DNA of 64,000 nucleotides, from contig VJWM01000144.1 of NCBI GenBank assembly GCA_010909165.1, forward strand, positions 554,965 through 618,964. Direction: 5' to 3'. Under the pieces are notes generated by a model. That model was not told where the DNA came from. It ran no database searches and was given only the letters and a program-made list of their open reading frames with translations. The DNA comes from Anthoceros angustus. Its lineage: Eukaryota; Plantae; Anthocerotophyta. Positions within the stretch are counted from its first letter, which is position 1, and every line of letters begins with the position of its first letter. Position numbers and translations under genes: made by a program. Shown here piece by piece: positions 1 to 10,325 of the stretch.

Positions 1-791
1 GGTCAGGTGCACCTCTGGCGTGGTACACACTTGGCGCAGTCCAGTTACACTAGCGATGGCTAAAGTCGCCATCGCCCAACCTCCAGCAGCTGCAACCAGC
101 CACTTACAGTTAGGGGTCTCCAGTTTCTGACCTCATCTTTGCCAGAACCACACGAGCTTGGCCTTCCGGTGCTCGTGGCGATGCGAAAGGAGTGAAGGCG
201 GCCCGGGTTTATCTTTTTCCACGTTGCTCATGCCTTTCTCCATTCTTTGTCAGAGTGCGGTCCCCATGGAACAGAGACCGTCTCATTCAACCGGGACCGT
301 CGGCATGCTGTTCTTTGCGAACGAGTATGCACCATGGCCATGGTGCATATTGTTTGACAAGAACAACATGCCGACATTAAAAAAGCACAGCTCAGGAAGG
401 TGGAGCAGGAATTCAAGGCCGTCAGTTCAAGCGGGAAGGCCTCGAGCCCAACTAGGCATCCGCTTCGCATCTTGACAAGCAACTCCAAGGCCGGAAGTCA
501 TGTATGTTAAGAATCTCGCACCTAGTGCCTTTCTTCTTCATCCAATTGCACTTTCAGCAGTGCAGTTACAAAGGATCACAACCGTGTTTCCAAAGTTTGC
601 ATCATCTCGCTTTCTTCACTTTCAATAGACAGCAAGAAGGCAACCGGAATCGAGCCCTGAAGCATGTTAGGTAGAAATCCGTGTCCGGATACGAACATGA
701 GATATGGGCATCCCGATTAGCACCTGAACAAAAGCTCCTGAACAATTGCCAAAGCTGGTCTCCATCTCGGACCATGTAATGTCATGGCAAG

Positions 792-1531
792 TCATTTCTT
801 CCTTGGCTGACGAGGACTAGCGAACTTGGACTGAGAGCTAGCAGCCTTGAGAGACTTCTTCGTCCATCTGAACAGCCGATCGATCGGCAAGCAGCCCAGA
901 GCGCATACCATGGCAAGAGTGAAGAGGGGTAGGAGAAACACATCCTGCCTGTATGTACCCTCAGAGGTGATATACCAAAGCAGAGCAACCATGCCAGCCA
1001 GACTGACATAAGAAGGGCCGAACATGGAGAGGATGGCCCCAACCAGGCTCAAGACACTGCCAGCCAGCAGGACAGGATGTATCGACGCGGGTTCTGCTGC
1101 TGCACCTGCTCCATCCCCTTGGTACTTGGCCAGCAGGGTGTTCCAGTCTGGTAGGGTGAAATCTTGGTTGTCTCCCACGATGGACTCCACCTTGGTCATG
1201 AAAGCTGAGGGGTAGGCCATGAATTGCAGAACCGCCTTGTTCACCACGTTGGCGTGGTGCAGATAGGAAATCAGGACTTCGACTGAACTTGTGCAGGTGC
1301 CCTTGTGACATGGAACGCTGCCGACATCAGGGGAGCTGACTCAGAAGCTTGCGGCAAGCACTGATAAACGTGCCAGGATCGTGAAGGAGCAATGGCAAGC
1401 AGGGGGGTTGGTGGTTACCTGAAGATTGGAAACGAGAAGAGGGTGACCAGGAAGAAGAATTGGGCGAGACGCCCTCGCAAATCCATGTTGAACGGGTTGA
1501 CCGGCCTTGGGCCTTCCCCGTTTCCAGCCAT
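792..1531 (-). CDS. Conserved plant multi-pass membrane protein of unknown function; 2 exons (1531-1419, 1317-792), 212 aa
   Basis: Exon 1 MAGNGEGPRPVNPFNMDLRGRLAQFFFLVTLFSFPIF joins through a GT..AG intron (1418-1318, 101 nt, phase 2) to SVPCHKGTCTSSVEV...YPSAF...LPDWNTLL...VLLAGSVLSLVGA. The total 639 nt is an intact frame. It resembles a plant family with PC-x-G-x-C-T and LAGS motifs (from memory). Confidence 0.75.
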
Positions 1532-2100
1532 CGTTGTCCGCTCACCGACGGGATGGAATCTGATAAAAGACCTGGCTGGCTTCGGGAGTCGGCTGAAATA
1601 GATATAGTGTGCAGTTGTGTGGAGAGCATGCCAGGATTGGAATGAAGCAACCTGGTGGTCTCAAGGCTCTGATTAGAAGCAAGCCCGCTTCCCGCAGCCC
1701 TTCGGGCGATTGCTGGAGATGTCTTTCACTGTTGCGGGGCGCATCGGCACCGAGCACTTCTGCAGCTAATGATTGTGCATGGGGGGACGTTGGATCGGAG
1801 AAGGTAATTCTGACATTCATCAGCGCCCATGTTTGAAAGATCTGTTATGGAAGGTGTTAGGTGGCTTGGTAGGTCTTGACATGGATCGTTTCAGGGGCGC
1901 TGCAACCAGTGGGAATCTGTATGCGGAGCAAGTGCACAATCCACGGGCTTTCAGAAAAAGCTTGGAGTCACAGACACTGCGTGGGAAGGATTCTACCAAC
2001 GGAGTGAGGACTCTGGAAGGTCCAACTTGCTCTCGCTCGCATCATCTTCTTTGAATGGACTGTATTTTGTAGGCATGCTGAAGCTACGTAGCTGTGGCAG

Positions 2101-5100
2101 GCTGATGGGGACCAGAATCAGCCTTGCAGGTTGGGAAGGTGTAAGGAGGCCTTGGAGTGTGCAACTTGGAGGAAAGCGTGTGAAGAAGAGCAGCTCAATG
2201 AAGTCGTTGAAGCTTTGGACTTTCTGGTCCAGCGGGAGTGTTATGTTCCGGCGTCTGTTTTTCATACCGTCATCAAGGGGTGCACTTCAGATCAGGATGT
2301 GGTTGCTGGCAGGCATGTGCATGCTCTCACAGTTCAAAGTGGCCATGAGTCAAACACATCCTTGGCTAACAATATCATCTCCATGTATGCTGCTCATGGG
2401 AAGTTACAGTGGGCTACACAGGTGTTCAGTAGTGTGGCTGCACCAAGTCCGTCTACTTGGGCTTCCATGATTTTGGCCTTTGCCGAGCATGGGGAGCCTT
2501 TGCAAGCTATCAACATGTATCGCCAAATGCGAGAAGCTGCGGTAGAGCCAACCAGCTATATATTTGTGGCCGTCCTTAAAGCGTGTGCCAGGGCTGCAGA
2601 CTTAGCATCTGGCAAGGAGGTGCATGCTGACATTCTGGGCAGTGTGGTGCAGCTCAATACATATGTTGGGAACTGCCTGGTGGACATGTATGCAAAATGT
2701 GGGAGTGTAGCAGATGCTCGCAGAGTATTTGACAGATTGCCCACAAAAGATTTGGTGACATGGAATGCTATGATCGCAGGATATGCTCAACATGGCTTTG
2801 GTCAACAGGCCCTTGCTCTCTTTGCAACTAAGCAACAAGAGGATACCGCTCCAGCCAATTATGTGACATTTTTGTGTCTCTTGAAAGCCTGTGCAAGTTC
2901 GCGGGCTTCAAGTGAGGGAAAAAAGCTACATTCCCAGATTCAGAGACGAGGACTTGAAGATGATGTGGTGCTTGGCAGCAGCCTGGTGGATATGTATGCC
3001 AAATGTGGTTTATTACAAGATGCTCAGAGAGTATTTGACAGGTTGCCCCGAAAGAATGTGGTTACATGGACAGCCATCATCGGAGGATATGCAGAGAATG
3101 GATTTGGTCAAGAAGCTCTGAATCTTTATAGTCGGATGCAACAGGATTGTGTCAGTCCTGCCAATCATATCACCTTTGTTTGTCTCCTGAAAGCTTGCGC
3201 TAGTGTTGGAGCTTTACACGAGGTAAAACAGCTGCACTCCCAAATACAAGAAAAAGGCCTAGAAACTGACGTGGCTGTTGGGAATATATTGGTAGACACG
3301 TATGTCAAATGTGGGAACCAGAATGATGCTCGTGCAGTATTTGACAAATTGCCCGTGAAGGACAGTATGTCATGGAATGCGTTGATCTCTGGGTATGTCC
3401 ATCAGGGTTTGGGTCATGAAGCCCTTACTCTATACGCGAGGATGAAAAAAGAAGCAGGTGCTTTATCCGATTGTTCTACATTTGGCTGCCTCCTGAAAGC
3501 ATGTTCAAGTGTCAGAGCTCTTCGTCAGGGCAAGGAGCTTCATGATGCAATCAAGAGACAAGGACTGGAAACTGATGATAGTCTTGGAAACAGCCTGGTA
3601 GACATGTATGCAAAATGTGGGGGCATAGAGGATGCTCGGGGAGTCTTCGAAAGATTGCCCACCAAGGATATAACAGCATGGAATGCTCTGATTGCTGCAT
3701 ATGTTGAGAATGGTCAGAACCATGATGCAGTTGCTTTGTATCAGAGGATGCAAGTTGAGGGTATTACTGCAGCCAATCGCGCTACATTCCTGCCCTTATT
3801 GAAAGCAACTGCTAGCCTTGGAGCCCTACACCAGGGTAAACAACTTCATTTCAAGATCAAGGAAGGGGGACTGGAAGGAGACGTTGTCGTTGGCAGCTGC
3901 CTGGTGGACATGTATGCAAAATGTCACAGCTTACAGGATGCCTGCGAGTTGTTTGAGAGGTTGCCCACCAAAAATGTGGTGACATGGACTGCCCTGATTG
4001 CGGGATATGCTCGCCACGGGCTTGGCAAAGAATCCTTGAGTCTGTTTGAAAAAATGCAACTGGACGGTGCCACTCCAGCTGATAATGTTACGTTAGGGTG
4101 TGTACTGAAAGTGTGTGCAGCTGTCAGATCTTTAGATAAGGGCAGAGAAGTACACTCCCAGATTGAAGAAAGGGGGCTGGCAGGTGATGTAGTCATCAGC
4201 AACAGCCTGGTGGACATGTATGCAAAATGTGGGAGTCTAGAGGAGGCCCGCAGAGTATTTGACAGATTGCCAACCAGAGACGTGTTGGCATGGAATGCAA
4301 TCATTTCTGGATATGCTGAGCATGGTCTTGCTCAAGAAGCCCTGTCTCTTTTTGCAAGTATGCAAGGTGAGAGTACCATTCAAGCAGATCATATTACTTA
4401 CGTGTGCCTCCTGAAAGCATGTGCACGTGTCAGGGCGTTACAGGAGGGAAAAGAACTTCATGCCCAGATTCAGAAAAGAGGACTAGAAGATCATGTAATT
4501 GTTGGCAACGGTCTGATAGACATGTATGCAAAATGTGGTGATTTAGATCACGCACGTATAGTATTCGACAGATTACCAGCAAGGGATGTGGTAACATGGA
4601 CTGCCATGATTGCAGGATATGCTCAGCATGGGCTCGGTCAAGAAGCCCTCTCTGTCTATGCACGTATGCAAGAGGAGGGTCTGACACCAACAGACCATGT
4701 TGCATATGCTTGCCTCCTCAGAGCGTGTGCCAGCATCGGATCCATACATCATGGGAAACAAGTCCATGCTCAGATAGAAAAAAGAGGACTGGAGGGTGAA
4801 GTTACTATCAGAAATGGCTTGGTTGACATGTATGCGAAATGTGGGAGTTTAGAGGATGCTCGTATGGTGTTTGACCAATCGCCAGCAAGAGATGTTGTAA
4901 CATGGACGGCAATGATATCAGGTTACGCACACCAGGGGCTAGGTCAGGAAGCCCTTGTTCTGTACGAGGGTATGCAACAGGAGGGCATCGCAGCTGATCC
5001 TGTTACTTTTGTCTGCCTCCTGAAAGCTTGTGCTAGCATTGGAGCCGTAAATCAGGGAAAGAAGCTTCATTCTCAGATCCAGGGAAGGGGACTGGACTGT

Positions 5101-6099
5101 GATCTGGTTGTTGGGAATGCATTGGTCGACATGTATGCAAAATGTGGAGATCTTGCTGATGCTCGCAGTGTATTTGACAAGTTGCCTTCCCGAGATGTGG
5201 TATCATGGACTGCTCTGCTGAATGGATATTGCCAACATAGTAATGGTCAAATGGCAATTGACTGTTTTCAAGAGATGCGGCAAGATGGGGTGGAGCCCAA
5301 TGATGCCACATTCATTTGTTTGCTTGTAGCATGCAGTCACGAGGGCCTGGTAAATGAAGGTCAGCAGTTCTTTAAGATGATGGTGGAAGACTACTGTTTA
5401 GAGCCCACAGTTCACCACTATTGTTGCATGGTTGATCTTCTTGGGCGGTCCGGCCGTCTGGACGAAGCAGAGCACATGTTGCGCACTATGCCAGTTCCCA
5501 GTGACGTAGTAGGCTGGACGTCTTTGCTGAACGCCTGTAAATACCTCGGCGACATAGAGCGTGGAAGGAGATGCTTTGACCGCCTCCATGCATCGGAACC
5601 TCAAAATGGAGCTGCATACATGCTCATGGAAAGCATCTATCGAGATGCTGGTAGGTGGGAGGACGTAGAGCATCTCCAAACCTTAAGAAAGTCCGCCGGT
5701 GCTTGCAAGAAGCCTGCAAGGGCCTGGATTGAAGTAAACAGCAAGGTGCACACATTCTGTGTGGGGGAAGAAAGAGATGACATCTCCTCTAAGCTAAGAA
5801 GTGTTAACATGTGGCTGGAGGAAGAAGTGGGACATGTGCAACAGGCAGAGGCTCTTTCTAACAGAGAGAAGCAGGATGCCTTGTGTGGACATGCTGAGAA
5901 ACTAGCGTTGGCCTACGGTCTTTTGAACACTTCAGATGGCACAACTTTGCTAGTCACCAAGAATCTCCGTATGTGCAATGACTGCCACAGCGGCACCAAA
6001 GCTATGTCGAGGATAGAAAAGCGGGAGATCATAGTTCGAGATGCACACCGAGTCCACCATTTTGTGAACGGCTTTTGTTCATGCGGGGATCGGGTATGA
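2101..6099 (+). CDS. PLS-class PPR RNA-editing factor, ~30 PPR motifs plus E1/E2 plus DYW:KP deaminase domain ending in DRV; probable extra 5' exon(s) upstream (putative intron 2004-2100)
   Basis: 1322-aa ORF with ~10 P-L-S triplets (LVDMYAKCG..DA..VFD.LP..DVV.W.A.I.GY). C-terminus has KKPARAWIEV, HAEKLALAYG, KNLRMCNDCH and CSCGDRV. An in-frame stop at 2089 means the true start needs splicing. Confidence 0.95.
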   Translation, partial: ADGDQNQPCRLGRCKEALECATWRKACEEEQLNEVVEALDFLVQRECYVPASVFHTVIKGCTSDQDVVAGRHVHALTVQSGHESNTSLANNIISMYAAHGKLQWATQVFSSVAAPSPSTWASMILAFAEHGEPLQAINMYRQMREAAVEPTSYIFVAVLKACARAADLASGKEVHADILGSVVQLNTYVGNCLVDMYAKCGSVADARRVFDRLPTKDLVTWNAMIAGYAQHGFGQQALALFATKQQEDTAPANYVTFLCLLKACASSRASSEGKKLHSQIQRRGLEDDVVLGSSLVDMYAKCGLLQDAQRVFDRLPRKNVVTWTAIIGGYAENGFGQEALNLYSRMQQDCVSPANHITFVCLLKACASVGALHEVKQLHSQIQEKGLETDVAVGNILVDTYVKCGNQNDARAVFDKLPVKDSMSWNALISGYVHQGLGHEALTLYARMKKEAGALSDCSTFGCLLKACSSVRALRQGKELHDAIKRQGLETDDSLGNSLVDMYAKCGGIEDARGVFERLPTKDITAWNALIAAYVENGQNHDAVALYQRMQVEGITAANRATFLPLLKATASLGALHQGKQLHFKIKEGGLEGDVVVGSCLVDMYAKCHSLQDACELFERLPTKNVVTWTALIAGYARHGLGKESLSLFEKMQLDGATPADNVTLGCVLKVCAAVRSLDKGREVHSQIEERGLAGDVVISNSLVDMYAKCGSLEEARRVFDRLPTRDVLAWNAIISGYAEHGLAQEALSLFASMQGESTIQADHITYVCLLKACARVRALQEGKELHAQIQKRGLEDHVIVGNGLIDMYAKCGDLDHARIVFDRLPARDVVTWTAMIAGYAQHGLGQEALSVYARMQEEGLTPTDHVAYACLLRACASIGSIHHGKQVHAQIEKRGLEGEVTIRNGLVDMYAKCGSLEDARMVFDQSPARDVVTWTAMISGYAHQGLGQEALVLYEGMQQEGIAADPVTFVCLLKACASIGAVNQGKKLHSQIQGRGLDCDLVVGNALVDMYAKCGDLADARSVFDKLPSRDVVSWTALLNGYCQHSNGQMAIDCFQEMRQDGVEPNDATFICLLVACSHEGLVNEGQQFFKMMVEDYCLEPTVHHYCCMVDLLGRSGRLDEAEHMLRTMPVPSDVVGWTSLLNACKYLGDIERGRRCFDRLHASEPQNGAAYMLMESIYRDAGRWEDVEHLQTLRKSAGACKKPARAWIEVNSKVHTFCVGEERDDISSKLRSVNMWLEEEVGHVQQAEALSNREKQDALCGHAEKLALAYGLLNTSDGTTLLVTKNLRMCNDCHSGTKAMSRIEKREIIVRDAHRVHHFVNGFCSCGDRV

Positions 6100-6159
6100 C
6101 AACGCAGCCCTGCTGACACACCATATGCACATTCTTAAAACCGTGCATTTTCAGAAAAG

Positions 6160-6295
6160 GGAATGCGCTTCATAAATATTGTGACCCGCCGAACTATCCA
6201 CCATCTTGTGAACGGATCCTGTTTATGACAACGCAACCAACAACGCAGTTCTGCCGACAAACATTACGTTCTCAAGCCGTGCATTTTCCAAAGTA
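6160..6295 (+). pseudogene. Degenerate second copy of the DYW 3' end and 3' UTR
   Basis: tccaccatcttgtgaacgg...tatgacaacgca...ccgtgcattttc mirrors 6054-6155. Confidence 0.6.
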
Positions 6296-6379
6296 CATAC
6301 TCCGCTACTTCAACAGATTCCCAGTCGGTGGCAGATGCACGAACTTGAAGGGCAGCTATGAAGACGTGAGCATCTGCCT

Positions 6380-6720
6380 TCACACCTGACCTCTGCATTT
6401 CATGGTACATGGTGAGCTAAAATCAGCCCCTCCTACTCCATTTGTCCATGCGCAACAAGCGCCTCATGTCCAAACCCCTGCTGAGTACCCAGCGACCCAA
6501 GCATTCCATGTCACCACATTCTTTGTCTTCATGCCGTCAAAAACCTGGCATGCATCTTCCAGTTCACCACATTTTGCATGCGAGTCCACCAGGCAGGTGC
6601 CCACCACTACGCCGTCCAGCAGTCCTCTTTCGACAATGTGAGCGTGCAGCCGCCAGACCTACTGCAGGCACCACTGCTTGCATAGGCCTTTTGAAGGGCC
6701 ACATTCTCGATATGAGTGGC
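6380..6720 (-). pseudogene. PLS-PPR relic
   Basis: Minus strand reads VVVGTCLVDSHAKCGELEDACQVFDGMKTKNVVTWNAWVAGY, then a frameshift and a stop. Confidence 0.75.
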
Positions 6721-7329
6721 TCACACCCTCGATGTGAGTGGTGCTTTCGGCAGCCATGCCTGCCAGGACCACAGCCACGCCAGCACGCAGGTCGGTTGCT
6801 GATACAGGTGCGCCATAGAGCGAGCTGATAACACAGTGCCATCAGTGCTGGAAAAATGTCACAACATGCAGAGCTAAAATTGGAAGTCCTCCACCACTTT
6901 CAACCATCCCTACAAACAAAGCACTCCAAGTTGCGATCGCGGATTCAGCACATACCTCCCCTGATCTTTGCCACTGATGGTGGCCACATTCCTGCTAACT
7001 CACACTTTTGCTCCCAGCTTCTATAACTCTTCCACTGCAACAGTCAAGCTCTCATGTCAGACCATCACCCAACGATAGCACGCACGCCCTTCCCTGTTAA
7101 CCTGGGCTGCTACGTGAGAAATGAGTCGAGCGGCTGACCTCCACGATCACTGGGTAGTTCAGATTCGTCCCTCTCGCCAGGGGAGAACAGGCTTGTAGCA
7201 CAATGTTCTGGGACTTGCAAAACTATACAAGTCTTCCCCTTCCACAGAGAGGACTTGGCTCAGTCTGCCGAACCAGTAGGGTTTGGGGTTTCCGTTAATC
7301 CAATCAAGAGCCAGCACCTTCTGCACCAT

Positions 7330-7530
7330 GCCATCCTCTTTTGACAGTCTGTGAGTGCAGTTGCCTGCCCTACTGCAAGGCACCAGTGCTTGCATAGGCC
7401 TTCGGAACGCAAGCAGAAGTAGCATGTTGAGCTAAAATCAGCCCTTCCTGCTCCATTTGTCCATACGCAACAAGCGCCTCATGTCCGAACCCCTGCTGTG
7501 TGCTCAGCGATGCAGTCATTCCATGTCATC
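7330..7530 (-). pseudogene. PLS-PPR relic related to 6380-6720
   Basis: Near-copy of 6415-6515 (gagctaaaatcagccc...caacaagcgcctcatgtcc) plus LRRPMQALVPCSRAGNCTHRLSK-type PPR fragments. Confidence 0.6.
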
Positions 7531-7673
7531 CCACGTAGGGATTCGGAAAGAATGGCGTTCGCTAGGATGACAACAATTTCGTGGAAAAAACGGAGGCAGC
7601 TTCTATCTGTTACTGCCTCTCTTCTGCGGACCACTTGAAATTGAGTCGCCGCTGCAGGTGGACAACGTTTGAA

Positions 7674-10325
7674 TCATAAGCAAGTGACACTTGCCTCCTT
7701 CGACCGCGCACTTAGCTCTCTCAGCAACTCATACAACAATGCTTCTTCTGGATGCCTGCGGTCTCCCACCAGAAACGTGTGCACATTGTTTTCCAGCTCA
7801 ATCCAACTCTGGCCAGGCTTCTTCCAGGCACCTGCCTTGCGTCTTAACTCATCTATTTCATTTGCCTGATCCAACATGCCAGCATGAGCATAGATCTGCA
7901 ACATCAGCACATAGGCTGCAGGATCTTTTGGCTTCAAAGCAACAGCACAATTGAAGGCCTGCCTTCCCAGGGCCACGTTACCATGCTTCCTGCAGGCAGC
8001 CAGTAAGCATAACCATACAGGCAAATCCGGCTGCATCGGCATTTCTGAAAGGAAAGATTGTGCCTCGTGAAATAGGCCTGCACGACCAAGAAGGTCAATT
8101 ATACAGAGGTAATGCTCCACAGTAGGACTGATACCGTAGTCCCTGCTTATGCTTTCAAAGAACTCGAGTCCTGAATCCACCAATGACCCATGGCTGCATG
8201 CGGAGAGGAGTCCAATGAATGTGAGCCTATTTGGTCTTATTCCTGCAAGGTGCATGTCCTTATAACACTGCAGGGTCATCTCACAAGCTCCAAGCTTGGC
8301 ATACCCACCAATTAGTGCATTCCATGATACTACATCGGGCTGAGGCATTGAGTCAAAGACACGTTGAGCATCCACCATGCTCCCACATTTGCTGTATGCA
8401 TGAATCAGAGAGTTTGTCACCAGAAGGCTGTCTTTGAATTGAGACTCCATGATACGTTGGTGTGTATACGAGCAAAGGTCTATTACTCCTGCATTGCTGC
8501 ATGCTTCTAGAACAGCAAGAAATGTAGCCTCATCTGGTTTCACACCTTCTGTCTGCATTTGAGAATACAGTTGCAAAGCCTTCCCAGCTTGGTGCTGCTG
8601 ACCATAGGCTGCAATCATTGAATTCCACAAGACTACATCACGGCGGGACATGCTTACAAAGACCTGTTCTGAATCCTTGATACTCCCACACTTTGCATAC
8701 ATGCTGACTAAAGCACTAGCAACAAACAAGTCCGATCCGAAACCCATCTTAGTTGCTGCAGCATGCACTTTCAGACCTTTTTTAAGTGACTCCGCCTTGA
8801 GATTTTGACCATTGATATGTGCATTTTCTTCCTTTCCGGCACAGCTAGTACATGCTTCAATAGCACTGAGGAAGGTCGCAGCATCTGGCAGGACATTATT
8901 GCCAAGCATTTGCCAAAAAATCTGCAAGCCCATGTCCCCTTCTTCTTGCTGAGCATATGCTGCAATCATAGCATTCCATGACACCACATTGCGGCATGAC
9001 AAGCCATCAAATACGTGTCGAGCATCTATTATGCGTCCACAGGTGGTATACATACTAATTAAACTGGTACCAACAAAAACATCGGATTCGAAACCCCTAC
9101 CAGCAGCTTCAGCATGGATTTTCTTCACCAGTTGCAGTGACTCCAATTTAACATTGCCACCTTCCACAAGTGACCTGTCCTCACGTACTGCAAGACTCCC
9201 ACAGGCTTGGATAGTGCTGACAAACGTCCAGGCATCTGGTAGGATGGCCTCTTGTTGTATGTTCCAAAACATCTGCAAGCCAATTTGTCCTTGACCCTGC
9301 TGAGCATATGCTGTAATCAGGGCGTTCCTTGAGACGACATCACGGTGGGACAATCGATCAAATACGTGCTGTGCATCCATGATGCTCCCACACTTGGCAT
9401 ACATGCTGACCAAGGTGTTACCAACAAAGACATCTGATTCAAATCCCCTCTGAGCTGCATCATAGTGTATTGCCTTACCCGTCTGCAATGTCTGTACTTT
9501 AACTTCATGCGCCTCCAAGAATTTTCTTTCCCTCTCCGCCAGGCTGCCACATGCCTGGAAAGCGCTAACAAAAGTCCTGGCATCTGGCTTCACCCCTGAC
9601 GTGCACATTTTCTGGTAAATCTGCAACCCCTTCTCCCCTTGGCCATTCTGGGCGTAGGCTGCTAGCATGGCATTCCATGACACCGCATTGCGGTAGGACA
9701 TCCCGTCAAACACGTGTTGAGCATCCTCTAGGCTGCCACACTTTGCATACATACTGATCAACGTGCTGCCAACAAACACGTCTGATTCCAAACCGTGGGT
9801 AACAGTGGCAGCGTGAATCCGTTTGCCCTCTTCCAAATCCTCCAACCTGCTGCATGATTTCAGTAAGCTGACAAACGTGTGTTTATTGGGCTTCACTCCC
9901 TCCTGCAGCATCCGCTCATAGCAGGCGAGTGCCTCTCGACATTTTCCAGCATTGCTATACCCTGAAATGATGGCAGTCCACGAGAAGACGGACCGGTGCA
10001 GCAACCTTCGGAACAGATAAAGGCCATCAGAAAGGCTTCCGCAGTTGACTAGTGTGGTGACTACAAAGTCGCCCAGACTTCTATCCGACTCCAACCCATT
10101 CTTTGCCAGATGACTGTGTACCCATTTCGCTTCGGCGAGGGCCCTGTTCTTCATGCACACCTGCAACACGTTTCTGTAAAACTGCACCGAAGGCACTTTC
10201 CCCTGCTGTTCCATGTTGCGCAGGACAAGGAGTGCTTGCTGAAGGTGTCCATCCTTGCACAAGCTGCTACGTTTACCACTGTCCACAGCATTCATCGAAG
10301 GGCACAGGTCCGAACCTCCCATCAC
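7674..10325 (-). CDS. PLS-class PPR editing specificity factor, E+ type (PG box, no catalytic DYW); start codon uncertain
   Basis: 883-aa ORF of PLS repeats and E1/E2, ending KKPGQSWIELENNVHTFLVGDRRHP...EASVTCL* with no HxE/CxxC. Three L motifs carry ~15-aa insertions. Confidence 0.93.
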   Translation of the reverse strand: MMGGSDLCPSMNAVDSGKRSSLCKDGHLQQALLVLRNMEQQGKVPSVQFYRNVLQVCMKNRALAEAKWVHSHLAKNGLESDRSLGDFVVTTLVNCGSLSDGLYLFRRLLHRSVFSWTAIISGYSNAGKCREALACYERMLQEGVKPNKHTFVSLLKSCSRLEDLEEGKRIHAATVTHGLESDVFVGSTLISMYAKCGSLEDAQHVFDGMSYRNAVSWNAMLAAYAQNGQGEKGLQIYQKMCTSGVKPDARTFVSAFQACGSLAERERKFLEAHEVKVQTLQTGKAIHYDAAQRGFESDVFVGNTLVSMYAKCGSIMDAQHVFDRLSHRDVVSRNALITAYAQQGQGQIGLQMFWNIQQEAILPDAWTFVSTIQACGSLAVREDRSLVEGGNVKLESLQLVKKIHAEAAGRGFESDVFVGTSLISMYTTCGRIIDARHVFDGLSCRNVVSWNAMIAAYAQQEEGDMGLQIFWQMLGNNVLPDAATFLSAIEACTSCAGKEENAHINGQNLKAESLKKGLKVHAAATKMGFGSDLFVASALVSMYAKCGSIKDSEQVFVSMSRRDVVLWNSMIAAYGQQHQAGKALQLYSQMQTEGVKPDEATFLAVLEACSNAGVIDLCSYTHQRIMESQFKDSLLVTNSLIHAYSKCGSMVDAQRVFDSMPQPDVVSWNALIGGYAKLGACEMTLQCYKDMHLAGIRPNRLTFIGLLSACSHGSLVDSGLEFFESISRDYGISPTVEHYLCIIDLLGRAGLFHEAQSFLSEMPMQPDLPVWLCLLAACRKHGNVALGRQAFNCAVALKPKDPAAYVLMLQIYAHAGMLDQANEIDELRRKAGAWKKPGQSWIELENNVHTFLVGDRRHPEEALLYELLRELSARSKEASVTCL

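Noticed and set aside
1-480. Short ORFs at the window start (158-475, 192-380)
   Set aside because: Possibly the last exon of an upstream gene, but there is no recognisable motif
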